Part shown: positions 10,218 to 20,000 of the stretch, piece after piece
How positions within the stretch are numbered: position 1 is the first letter of the stretch
Layout of the letters: the number at the start of each line of letters is the position of its first letter
Assembly: GCA_000934665.2 (NCBI GenBank)
Contig: JYFJ02001604.1
Span: forward strand, 55,232 to 75,231
Length of the DNA stretch: 20,000 nucleotides
Source of the DNA: Catajapyx aquilonaris
Taxonomy: Eukaryota
Direction of reading: 5' to 3'
Program-made: the position numbers and the translations under genes
The notes under the pieces: generated by a model
The model's database searches: none
The model's input: the letters and a program-made list of their open reading frames with translations, nothing else
Told to the model about the DNA's origin: nothing

Positions 10218-10597
10218 CTTTTTCTTTTTCTTTTTCTATCTATCTATCTTTTTTTGCTGATTTCCCCGTAGGCCGTGGGCCCTTTCAGATGGGTGGAATA
10301 CGACCATTTAGCTCAATTTTTCTGATTAACTTCAATCTCCGGTGCAAGGAGTCAAGGATGCAGGGTAGGGATAGGGGTTTTTGGGGAAGGTAGGAGGGAG
10401 GAGGGGAGGAGGGGAGGAGGGAACATAGGTGCAAGTGCAATGTCGGTAACCCAGGAGGTTAGGTTGCCAGACATCTCCGAGGCGCCGGTCAGAGTCCCTC
10501 CTGACGCAGGTGAAAGAGAACTTACAGGCGGGGATCGAACCTGGGACCTTTCACTCAGCGAGCCGAGACATTACCATCTCGGCCACCACACCTCCCC
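10218..10597 (-). mobile_element. tRNA-derived SINE (family 4)
   Basis: Minus-strand head GGGAGGTGTGGTGGCCGAGATGGTAA...CAGGTTCGATCCCC. A-rich (GATA)/(GAAAAA) tail. Perfect 12-bp TSD TAGAGGATCACT at 10206-10217 and 10598-10609. Confidence 0.9.
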
Positions 10598-10845
10598 TAG
10601 AGGATCACTTCATTTCAGAGGGTCATTTGGTCTCCACTGCCTTATTACCAAGATAATGGGCTTTTGAACACCTGGAGAGTTTTCTTCCGAACATAATAAT
10701 ACACCGGGCGCATTCAAAACGCTACTGTCACTATCTTGTGGTCAGCTTGAACAACGGTGTAATCCACAGTTTTAATTTAAACTGCATGGTAACATTAGTA
10801 CACCAAAAATATGTCATGCATATTGTTACCACGGTACGTTATCCA

Positions 10846-11733
10846 CTACAACAACGTTTAGAAATTTTGCCTTCGGGTATGTAAGCAAGATCTATAACGA
10901 CATAGGTACCGTGGACTGTCGTACCTGCTCAAAAATCCCATCAGTGCAATGGAACGAATCTCACCACGTGCGATTTTTTTTTTGTGGTCACTTCGATTTC
11001 ATACGCTATACTCATTACACTTTTTACCCCCCTACAGACACAAAATGCGCACAAAATCGTGTTCTGCATACCTCCAATGGTACATTCTCCAGCAGCTCCG
11101 GTAACGTGTGCTTCAGAATCACCCTGTACAACGAACACTCACAAGAGGTCGAAACAGTGACTGGCCAAATATTAGTCGCTATGCACTATCCCAGCCCACA
11201 TACTTATACTTGCTGCACTTGGTGACATAACAAGACTGAATATCAGTAGGTATAATATCTTCATCAGTTGAATGCAGATGGTCAGGAGCTGACGATCAAA
11301 TGTACCCAGCACAGCTGATGAGCACACAGAAACCCAACGGCACTGACAATAGCTGTTCCCCTGTCAAGGCGAGGTTGAATGCCTATGATTTTATTCTTGG
11401 TTGTGTCTTCGGTTCTATTCTTGCAAACAGCATAGAGAGTGGACTTTTCAGACTTTGTCCTTGTGTGGACGGATACAAACCTTCCATGAAAATCTTCTCT
11501 CCCAGGTCTAAGCCACTGTTTTTAATACACAGTGAAAGACTTAATAGGTGGGCCCCAAGGGTACAGGGTGGGTACGGTCAATTATGCAATTCTCTCTATT
11601 GACAACCAGCTCCAAACGATGGTTTTGTATCCTGCTCTCCCACAAACACTGGAGCAAACATGCATTGCAGGAATGACAAAGTCCACAAAGCATATGACGA
11701 CCACTAATGTTTCGGATCGTATAATGTGAACAT
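10846..11733 (-). pseudogene. Tc1/mariner (Tc3-like, DUF4817-type N-terminus) transposase pseudogene
   Basis: Collinear frameshifted motifs on the minus strand: SHYT..HMLCGLCHSCNA..QCLWESRIQNHR (N-terminus), STDE (first catalytic D region), SISMWAGIV, LYRVILKHTLPELLENVPLEV...AHF, MSIAYEIEVTT, GIFEQVRQS, RYRSCLHTRRQNF*TLL*. The DGA and WPxxSPDL blocks appear deleted. Confidence 0.85.
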
Positions 11734-12479
11734 CCAGCGCATAACAACAGTGATTATCATAATGATTTTTAAAATCCATACTGGACACACGCAATGTTAG
11801 AAATGCTGTACAAAAGTCAGTGTGTAAAACCTCACCCGCGACGTGATAGGAACGGTTAAAAAGAGCCCTTAATCAGACAGAAACATTGATCGTGAACTGC
11901 AAACAGTCCTCAATTTCAGGGGAATAGTATCGGAGAAGAGGCAGAAAGCCTATTTGGGAGGTAGCTATATAGTCGCCAGAATAGGATCCACTCGCTAGTT
12001 TGGCTTGAGCGTAGTTAGAAGAGTGGGAGGGGGTTGGGGGGGGGGTGCCAGGCCCACCACTCGCCGACCCACAAAGAGAGACCACATTCGGAGTCGCAGC
12101 AATACAGAGGCCCTCAATTCTACCCCTTCAATTATCCCCAACAATCACTTGAGCCAACGACCAGACCATACCCAGCACACATTCTCAACACGACAAAATT
12201 TCTCTCACTTTCTCCACAAGGTGCGATGCCATATAACCAGCCTGGCCTAAACCCCCTGTTACTACAACACAGTCAATATTCTACGTATAATAATTGAAAA
12301 CCTCTGGAGAAAAACGATCAAGGTCCATCTCATGTGAAACTGAGATATTGCAATAAATATCAAACATTGAAGACTCACCACAATTCTTTTGTACATCCCA
12401 ACGTTTGTTTGAAAGTCATTATTAAATATTAATGGTACATACCATGGGGCACAAGGATCAATTAAAATCGATATTGTTG

Positions 12480-13505
12480 TCAGCATAGGTTTTTATTATT
12501 ATCAACATCATTGGTACCACAGGTGGCAAAGGGCAGGTCCACATAAAAATGTCGATAACCCTGGGGTATCAATTGCATGAGTCCATGTAAAGCATTGTAT
12601 TTCGCTTGCGAAATTGGCAGTCGCCATGGATACATCTCACAAGACTGACCGGAAGGTGCTACATGCCTCTTCACAACAATCGAAAATCCCCACGGCCCAT
12701 CAAAAGTGTTCTGTGAAAGATGAGGTTGGATCTTCTTCTCTCTGCTTTTCTGAATAGAAAATCGGCATTTGGAGACATAGAGTTTTTGTAGGTATGAATT
12801 ACGCAAAAATAATTCGACTTTCGACGTGCACCTGCAAAAATCGTGGCCCAATCAGAAGGAACATACGTTTCAGAACGCTGGTTTGTGAAGCCAAAATCTT
12901 TGTCACACTACTCCTTGTAATTGTGACCTCTAGTGGCGTAACAACTAGGGGGGCAGGATATACATTGGCCTCTCCTAAAATTACGAAAGGGGCGCCGCAG
13001 GCGCCTTTCGAGGGCGCCTGATTCCACGTCACTTCTTTTAGGACACCATGCCATATTTTAATTTTTATTAATTTTTTATATAATACTTTTCAAATGTATT
13101 AACTATATGCAATCATTCTTTGAACAATGCCTAAAATGATCCCTAATTCAAAATAAACATGCACTTCCTGTTATTTTAACTTTATACTTTGTGCTTTTTA
13201 AAATTGCAAAAGTTCATAGTAATTTTAATTTTAATGCATTTTAATGCATTTGGATTCCTGAAAGACCCCACGTCACGGTTCCAGGGTTAAATAAAGAACC
13301 GATGGGGGGGGGGGCGCCAAAATGCTTGCCCCCCCCCCCCCAACNCCGCAACTGAAATACGTTGTTACGCCGCTGGTGACCTATAATGGGAAATATCACT
13401 TGGATTGTTAGAAACCTATGCACAGAAAACTGCAGCATGATACATGAGGCCTCTGAGGATTGTGTAGTTTTTATTTTGCCCCCCATTTGCAAAAAACAGT
13501 TGACC
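12480..13505 (-). pseudogene. C-terminal half of a transposase pseudogene (DUF7869-like; Sola assignment inferred), split by a MITE
   Basis: The minus strand reads LFFANGGQNKNYTILRGLMY / HRFLTIQVIFPIIGH, then the MITE, then GHNYKE*CDKDFGFTNQRSETYVPSDWATIFAGARRKSNYFCVI / YPWRLPISQAKYNALHGLMQLIPQGYRHFYVDLP. This matches the GQNKN...GHxxxxCDxDFG...LPIxxxKxxxLxxLxxxIPxxYxxFY pattern. Confidence 0.8.
12931..13375. mobile_element. hAT-type MITE (445 bp) nested in the transposase relic
   Basis: Termini TAGTGGCGTAAC / GTTACGCCGCTG. 8-bp TSD GTGACCT(C/A) at 12923-12930 and 13376-13383. Subterminal G/C tracts and GGCGCCGCAGGCGCC palindrome, AT-rich core. Confidence 0.88.
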
Positions 13506-14156
13506 GTCGCGTCGCCGAGTGCAATGGTTGATGCTTATCAATTTTCCCCCGAATGAGGTGGACGTTGATCGTTCTTCCAACAATGCCAAATATTTCAGGG
13601 CCTCTCATTGCGAACTATGATCATTTCACCACAACAATGACCAAACCATCATATTATACGCTAGTCAAACTATCACATGGAATATGTAACTCATTTTTGA
13701 CAAAAAGTGGACCTTGCTCGTTTTTCTCCCGAGGTCTTCAATATTATTTGTTCCCACAAATTAGAGACCTGCGGGGAGAATATACCGTACATATAACACC
13801 GGAACAGTTCGAAGTTGTTCGAGTGGCCTCTCCTTTTGGTTTGTTTATAAGAAGCAGCCACTTGAATGAAGAACAGTTAGGGTGAAATTCGCCCAGCGAA
13901 TCCCAAATTAGTAAATATGCGAATATGTCTTGATTAAAACTAACTATGCAAAAGTAACTGATAAAATAATATGAGCAGATTAGTGCTAACAAACATAGCA
14001 ATCGGACAAGTATTTTGGATGACACTGCAGATGGTGTTTCACGCTTAGTAGGCAAAATCACACCTCTACATAAAACCGTCCTTTGTCAACGCCCCCGTTA
14101 CTTCAAAATTCTGTGGGTTACACTGCCATGCTAATGGCAACACGAGGAACACCTTA

Positions 14157-14451
14157 GGTGAATTCGTTTATGGCTGAGTGTAGCAATAGTGTAGCTCCAG
14201 CGAGAGTTCTGCATTCGTTTATGACGAAGCTGCTCTAAAGGGGCGGGGCTTGGCGTAGCACTGCATTCGTTTATCCCAGTGCAAGGGTCGGGTGTAGCGC
14301 GAGTGTAGCTCTGGCCTGCACGCTCGTTGGGGAGGGTGCAAGTGGTGTAGCAGTGGGTGTAGCTCCTCTTCCACTGTGACGTTTCACACACGTGACCAGG
14401 CTGCGCTAGAGCTACACTCCAGTGCTACACTCAGCCATAAACGAATTCACC
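14157..14451. mobile_element. MITE (295 bp) with GG...CC ends and TA (or TWA) flanks; PIF/Harbinger-like or other TA-targeting family
   Basis: Perfect TIR GGTGAATTCGTTTATGGCTGAGTGTAGCA (14157-14185; 14423-14451), extending imperfectly inwards. Flanks TTA / TAA. Internal repeats of ATTCGTTTAT and GTGTAGC. Confidence 0.9.
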
Positions 14452-14950
14452 TAATGATGTATAGGCTGGCCTCAAGGTGCAGCACTTGTCAGCTGTGTTA
14501 TAACTATTATCAGTTTTGTGAACACGAACCACACATGTATGTATCCCAACATAGCGCTGCAGTTTGTTTACCTCGGAACCCGCCTATTTTTACGCACGGC
14601 AGGTTTTTGAATTGCGTCGGACAACGTAAATAATTATAGTCACGCTGCTTACTTTGTGCTCGACTAGGCCAATATTCTGAATACTAGTAGCAGACTCGCT
14701 GCCAAATTTTGGCAACACTGGTTGCCCCCCCCCCCNCCCCCCACTTGGAAGTAGTAGGATAGGCCCCTACCAGTTGACGTATAGGCTGCCCTTCTACACA
14801 CCCCTGACACTCTCAGGGAGAAAGTAGTACTACATGCACGTTGGCGATAAGTCACACCGCGGACAAAGCCCACCAGGGCGTGTCTCGCCTCCATTGACGT
14901 GGGTCCCACTCTCTCTGACCCAGGCCCAAGTCACTCTCCCTCTTTTCGCA

Positions 14951-15167
14951 TGAGCTTAGCTGATCTCCCCCACCAAGGGGGGTTGGCCATGGGTGGCGCT
15001 ACAGTCATGCACCAAGATGGTAACGCCTTACCTATCGGGGCAATAATTCTGAAGCATTTGGGTCGACTCCGATTGGCTGGAGTAATCGGAGTCGACCCAA
15101 ATGGTTCAGAATTGCCCCGCTAGGTCCGTGGCCAACCCCCCTCGGTGGGGGAGATCAGCTAAGCTCA
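14951..15167. repeat. GC-rich palindrome (probable MITE) with a 37-bp asymmetric insert in the left arm
   Basis: 14951-15074 pairs with 15084-15167 around a 9-nt loop. The left arm carries extra GTGGCGCTACAG...ACGCCTT (14993-15029) and a 3-nt AAT duplication. Confidence 0.85.
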
Positions 15168-15321
15168 CGGGGGTAGCAATGTACAGTATAAGGTATATAC
15201 GAGTGACCGGGGGCTGCTCTGACCGCTGTATGTCCTCTAATTGTTGAACGGGGAAAGTCAAAGCTATGATAACTACTACCTAGGGCCTAGGCGATGAGTC
15301 AAAACGGACGCAATAATTACA

Positions 15322-17260
15322 ATAGTCCAGGTTCTAAGGAACAAATTTGGCACAAACTTTGAATTTTGTGACAAAAGTATGAAACTCGGTACACTTGTTC
15401 TTTGGATACTTCTGATCATATCTGGACGTGGGGCCACGATGACCCACCCCGGTGGAGGTCACTTTCGCAGGGTTTCCATAACTACCAAGTGCAGCATCCT
15501 TTAGGTGTTTAGGACCTGGCATTCGGTGACAAAAACTTGATACTCGCCAAAATTGGTATTTGGACACATATGAACATGTGTGGAAGTGGGGCCATGATAA
15601 CTGACCCCGCTGTGGGTCACTCGCATGGTTGACTGATTTAACGGACCCAATGTTCATACCTCTCTGCGTAGACCATGTGAATTGGGAGCTTGCATTCGGT
15701 GATAAAAACGTGAAACTCGGTACGGTAGTTCTTTGAACACATCTCAACATACCGTATATGGACGTGGGGCCACGGTGGGTGACCGCTAGGGGTCACTCTC
15801 GCGGAGTTGCCAAATCGAACAGGTCCTGTATACCTTTACATGAATTCGGTGTAAAAACCTGAAACTCGCCCCAATTGGTCTTTGGACCATGCTTTGGACA
15901 CTAGTGAACATGTCTGGAAGTGAGGCCACTATGGATGACCCGGCTTTGGGTCTCTCGCGGGGTTTCCAGATCTAATGGACTCTCTACGTAAACTACTATG
16001 TGGATTGGGAGTTTGCATTCGGTGATAAAGACGTGAAACTCGGTACACTAGTTCTTTGGACCCATGAACATATCTGGACGTGGGGCAACGATGAATGACT
16101 CCGATGGAGGTCACTATCGCGGGTGTGCATATCTAACAGACTGTACAACATGCGTTTATGTTTAAATAGGGAGCTTGCATTTGGTGACAAAGACGTGAAA
16201 CTCGGTACTACTAGTTCTTTGCACACATCTGAACTGGATGTGGGGCAACGATGGCCCACCCCGATGGAGGGCACTATCAGTATCGCGGGGTTGTCATATC
16301 TAACAGACTGTGCAACATGATTGCGTTTATAAGTTATTTGAATTGGGAGCTGGGATTCGGTGATAAAGACGTGAAACTAGGTAGGCCTACACTAGTTCTT
16401 TGGACACTTCTGAGCATATCTGGCCACGATGACCGACCCCTCTGGATGCCACTATCGCTATGTTGCACTACGTTGCACATTCTGTTAGATATGGCTATCC
16501 CGCGATAGTGCTGATCTCCACCGGGGTGGGCCATCGTGACTCCACGTCCAAATATGTTTGTGTGTCCAAAGAACTAGTCCAAAGAACTAGTGTACCGTAT
16601 CGCCGAATTTAAGCTCCCAATTCACATCGTTTACGTAGAGAGCCCATTAGATCTGGCAACCCCGCGAGTGACTCACAGCGGGGTCATCCATAGTGGCCTC
16701 ACTTCCAAACATGTTCAGTAGGTTCCAGATTGTGGCGAGTTTCATGTTTTTATCACCGAATGCATGTAAAGATATGCAGCACCTGTTCGATTTGGCAATT
16801 CCACAATAGTGACCCCCTGGCGGGGACACCCACAGTGGCCCCACGTGCAGATAATGTTGAGATGTGTTCAAAGAACTAGCGTAGTTTCACATTTTTATCA
16901 CCGAATGCAAGCTCCCAATTCACATGGTCTACGCAGAGAGGTATGTTAGGTCCGTTAGATCTGGCAACCATGCGAGTGACCCACAGCGGGGTCAGTCATC
17001 ATGGCCCCACATCCAGACATGTTCAGATGACTGTGTCCAAAGACACATTTTGGCGAGTTTCATGTTTTTATCACCGAATACAAGGTCCTAAATGATGCTT
17101 CACCTGTTAGTTATGGCAACCCTGCGATAGTGACCTCCAGTGGGATGAGTCAGCATGACTCTACGTCCAGATATGATCAGAAGTGTCCAAAGCACAAGTG
17201 TACCGAGTTTCACACTTTTGTCACAAAATGCAAATTTCAAACCCTTAGCACCCGGACTAT
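15322..17260. mobile_element. Foldback-type element (1.94 kb): long inverted arms made of ~150-175-bp tandem units (7 forward, 5 reverse)
   Basis: Termini ATAGTCCAGGTTCTAAGG / CCTTAGCACCCGGACTAT. Unit anchor GAAACTCG (or variant) at 15381, 15539, 15712, 15861, 16035, 16197 and 16373. Reverse anchors end at 17211, 17061, 16888, 16743 and ~16597. Orientation switches at ~16470. Confidence 0.9.
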
Positions 17261-17657
17261 AAGCTGAAGGACAGAATAAGGCTTTTAGGTATAGATAGTC
17301 TAAATATTCTGAATTTAGTTACCGGCATGCAAAGAGTAGTATTATTCGATTCGTGCTAATAGTTATCTATAGACTTAATACTGTAATATGCATGATTCCG
17401 ATGCGAGTTCGACTGTGATTATGCAAATGTGTACTCCTTGATTATACAATACAACTCCACAAGCGGGAGATGTTCGGTTAATTTTGATATTAGCAAAGCA
17501 AGCCTTTGGCAAATAGTGAGAAGAAGTCGGGAAGCCCTGAGTTGAAATGGGATAAATTCCTTTGGGATGAGGTTTGCTAAGGAAATAAAAAGAGGGCGAT
17601 GAGGAGATGTGGCAGGAGGGAGGGTGGAGAGAGGGGAGCCGCATTTGCCTGGATGGG

Positions 17658-17896
17658 TAATCTGGAAGGGATCCGGTAATCGTTTTCCGGTCCGTCAGAT
17701 ACAAATGAGGCGATTCCGGACGTGGACACGCCTCCCGAATAATCCAGAACCACCCTGGCCCTGATAGAGTCCCCTAATCCTATTAAAATTGGCGGAAGCT
17801 TCGTCGCCAAAGATTAGTCCGCAATTTTTTCGCCCTCTCGCCCTCCCCCGGGACACAGCAGATACCTCCACTCATCTGCAAGATTAATTATAATCA
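17658..17896. promoter_or_regulatory. Candidate enhancer: cluster of TAATC (K50 homeodomain-type) sites
   Basis: TAATCT 17658, TAATCG 17677, TAATCC 17740, TAATCC 17775, AGATTA 17811, AGATTA 17881 and TAATCA 17891, within an apparently TE-free stretch. Confidence 0.4.
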
Positions 17897-19306
17897 TCCC
17901 TGGCCTTTTAAGTTACACGCCAGCCAAAGTCCAACAAATTGCAACTCCTCCCCACCCTTTTCTCCCAAAACCACTGCTACTCCACCCGTACCCCACCCCG
18001 ACCACCACCAAATGTTTCGGTCATAAATTGCTGACTGCGAAGTCACACCAGCTGCCACCCCACACTAATTTATTAACTGCCGCTCGAGGGAAGTATAAAA
18101 ATTATACGTATAGAGGAGGGGAGGTACGGGTTTTTATTGGCCAAAAGTTATGGAGACCAAAAATGGAGTTCTGCTTGTTGATGGCCATACCTCTTTTGTT
18201 AAGATTCGCAAATATTAGGAGCGAAAGGATTGCACACTATGCTCTTTGCTTTTTTAAAAAATTATGTGTATTGAAGTGCAGTCTAGTGTGAGCCAATAAG
18301 GGTGTACTTTAGAGGCCTAGTGCTATACCCCAGTGACCTATAGAACCATTTCCAACTACATGGTAGTAACATGCAGCGGTACAAAAAGGTCAAGTTGTTT
18401 CATAACGAGCTGTTCGAACAAGTCTACAGTGATGTCACTGCTCCAATGCTTTGTACGAAATAATATGTTAAGGTTATGACGTCCGCTATTGTATATTCGG
18501 AATTGAAATTCCAGTGAACTCGTGGGGGCACCTCATTACAGTATAGAGGCATGTACCGTGTAGTACACTTTTACCAGAGGAAGTTTTCGATTCTTGACAG
18601 GGTTCAAAGTTACTCGGAAATATTGTCAATGAGAGTACTGTAAGTATTAATAATATATAGCCTATATTTAAAATAAACAGTAATGATGGACTAATGATAA
18701 TAGTAACTTAAAATTATTATTACCGATTATTATTATTACTGGCTTGGCTCACACCTCCCCCATTATTTTCATACGGTGACCAGCATTATCTTTAGGAGAT
18801 AGGGTTCGCGTCCCTCATACTCGAGACGGCGTAATCAGTGGCAATTATTATGGCCCCTCTTGTATGTAGGTTCTAAATGCAGCAGCCACATACCTATAAT
18901 ATTAGTTTCAAATTCTGGACATAAGGAATCGTGATGATTTTCCTCAGTCAACGTTTATATTGCATGAGTTAATTTAACAAAAATTTCACAAGTGTCAGTT
19001 TTCTATTATTTTGTGGATCAGTGTTACCCTCTACCAAATCGATTTCTTCTTCTGTACCCTCTAAGAATGTATTTTCAACAAATACCAATAGCAGTAGTGA
19101 ATTTCGTAGTCGAGTCTCACATAATAATTTTCCTATAAAAATACGTAGGCCTAACTTACGTCGAAAGAACCGGGTTTTTTATGAAAACCGGGCTTGGTGA
19201 AACCGGCCATTACGCGACTTAACCTATTAACTGGAGGAACTGAGGTTCAGTTTTGTGGCACGAAGTTCCAAAAAATCACAAAAATTTAAAATCTTTACAG
19301 TTTATA

Positions 19307-19523
19307 CTAGCGGGCCAGACTTGCTCGAGATCTGGTCAGGATGGCATGGGCACGCCTCCAGTTCACTCAGGCGTACTATGTATGTCATTGCTATCACGTT
19401 TCGAGCGTGTCTAGTTATGAATAATATGCAAACACTTATTGTATTGGTGTTTACTCCAGATAGGACGAAAATTATCATCAATCAAGTATATATAAAGCCC
19501 CTAAACGAGGAGGATATATAGGA
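19307..19523 (-). mobile_element. Possible second non-autonomous Helitron
   Basis: Minus-strand 3' end: hairpin CCAGA-TCTCGAGCAAG-TCTGG, 4 nt, CTAG|T. Candidate 5' end A|TCCTATATATCC at 19523, with alternatives nearby. Confidence 0.4.
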
Positions 19524-19641
19524 TATAGGAGGATGGAAAAGATTTCGCACTTCCCGAGGTCGTAGAAACCTCGGACTTGCACCGTTGGATTCCTTGCCCC
19601 CGGTTTAGTGTTTACAAAAATCCTCATAATCGCAAAATTCC

Positions 19642-19713
19642 CAGCCGTTTTCGAGATCGCCAAATTAAATGTAGACGCAAACCCGAGATCGCGAAATTAA
19701 TGTATCCGCAAAC
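19642..19713 (+). repeat. Two-copy ~32-bp tandem repeat
   Basis: CGAGATCGCCAAATTAAATGTAGACGCAAAC / CGAGATCGCGAAATTAATGTATCCGCAAAC. Probably a subterminal repeat of a decayed DNA element. Confidence 0.7.
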
Positions 19714-20000
19714 TTCCCGAGAACAATAGCCCCATCCATCACCCGCTGACAGCTCACGCTAATCCCACCTAGCCTCTTTTAAAAATGATACGGGTCCAGA
19801 TAGTTGCCCCAGGCGGCCAACAGACGAGAGCCACCATCGCCTGCACCTGCACCACCCACTTCCTCCCACGGGGGACCCTCGAATCCTCCTCCCATACCCA
19901 CCGCCGCCGCCACCACGTCATATGTTATTGCGTCATGTTGCCTTTTCACGATACGTCATCTAGGGCGCATTCAGATTATACTCCACACCCTCAGTAGTGA

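Larger units (their letters stand above)
10167..11800 (-). mobile_element. Decayed autonomous-type Tc1/mariner element; only one terminus visible
   Basis: TA|CAGGGAGTTTCAGAAAG terminus at 10167 lies downstream of the minus-strand transposase relic. It is interrupted by two SINEs. The other TIR was not found, so the end coordinate is approximate. Confidence 0.55.
12296..13739 (-). mobile_element. Internally deleted DNA transposon, probably Sola-type
   Basis: TIR GAA(A/G)ACCTC(T/G)GGAGAAAAACGA(T/G)CAAGGTCCA at 12296-12327 and 13708-13739 (3 mismatches in 32). Flanks AATT / AATA, compatible with a 4-bp AWWT TSD. Additional subterminal copy ATGAGGTGGACGTTGATCGTT at 13553-13573. Confidence 0.8.

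Noticed and set aside
11930..12290. C/A-rich segment with a G-tract, possibly a retroelement relic
   Set aside because: No interpretable protein motif, tail or TSD.
13553..13885. 110-aa ORF starting MRWTLIV, echoed in a minus-strand ORF at ~12313-12333
   Set aside because: The echo is the subterminal inverted motif of the Sola-like element, and the ORF runs through the TIR into flanking DNA.
13345..14736. Single N bases at 13345 and 14736
   Set aside because: Both are in or beside poly-C tracts, so they reflect sequencing ambiguity and not biology.
15334..16871. Repetitive ORFs (VPSFTSLSPN, FGDKDVKLG) or a CRISPR-like array
   Set aside because: The peptides recur only because of the tandem units, and the frames are broken by indels. 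The units are diverged along their whole length rather than identical repeats with unique spacers, there are no cas genes, and the context is eukaryotic.
19165..19212. Harbinger-like end TTGGTGAAACCGGCC (and TAGGGCGCATTCAG at 19961)
   Set aside because: No partner TIR or TSD was found in the window.

Overview
This is eukaryotic (animal, probably arthropod) non-coding DNA with no credible intact protein-coding gene. Roughly half of it is a patchwork of transposable elements that can be delimited from terminal inverted repeats (TIRs) and target-site duplications (TSDs). These include about ten non-autonomous DNA elements (Tc1/mariner-type with TA, piggyBac-type, 8-bp-TSD hAT/P-type), four different tRNA-derived SINEs each with a visible TSD, and one clear plus two possible non-autonomous Helitrons. 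There are two decayed transposase pseudogenes on the minus strand: a Tc1/mariner type at 10846-11733 and a probable Sola type at 12480-13505, split by a MITE. The most unusual structures are: (i) a 1.94-kb foldback element (15322-17260) whose arms are built from ~150-175-bp tandem units with A/B higher-order alternation; (ii) a 557-bp near-perfect palindrome (9308-9864); (iii) a structurally conserved, sequence-variable 3' stem-loop shared by unrelated SINEs; (iv) TAGGCCTA micro-insertions that look like excision footprints; (v) TE-free islands rich in homeodomain motifs, including a TAATC cluster at 17658-17896. All calls come from manual reading. No database search was possible, so family names are inferences and novelty is unproven.
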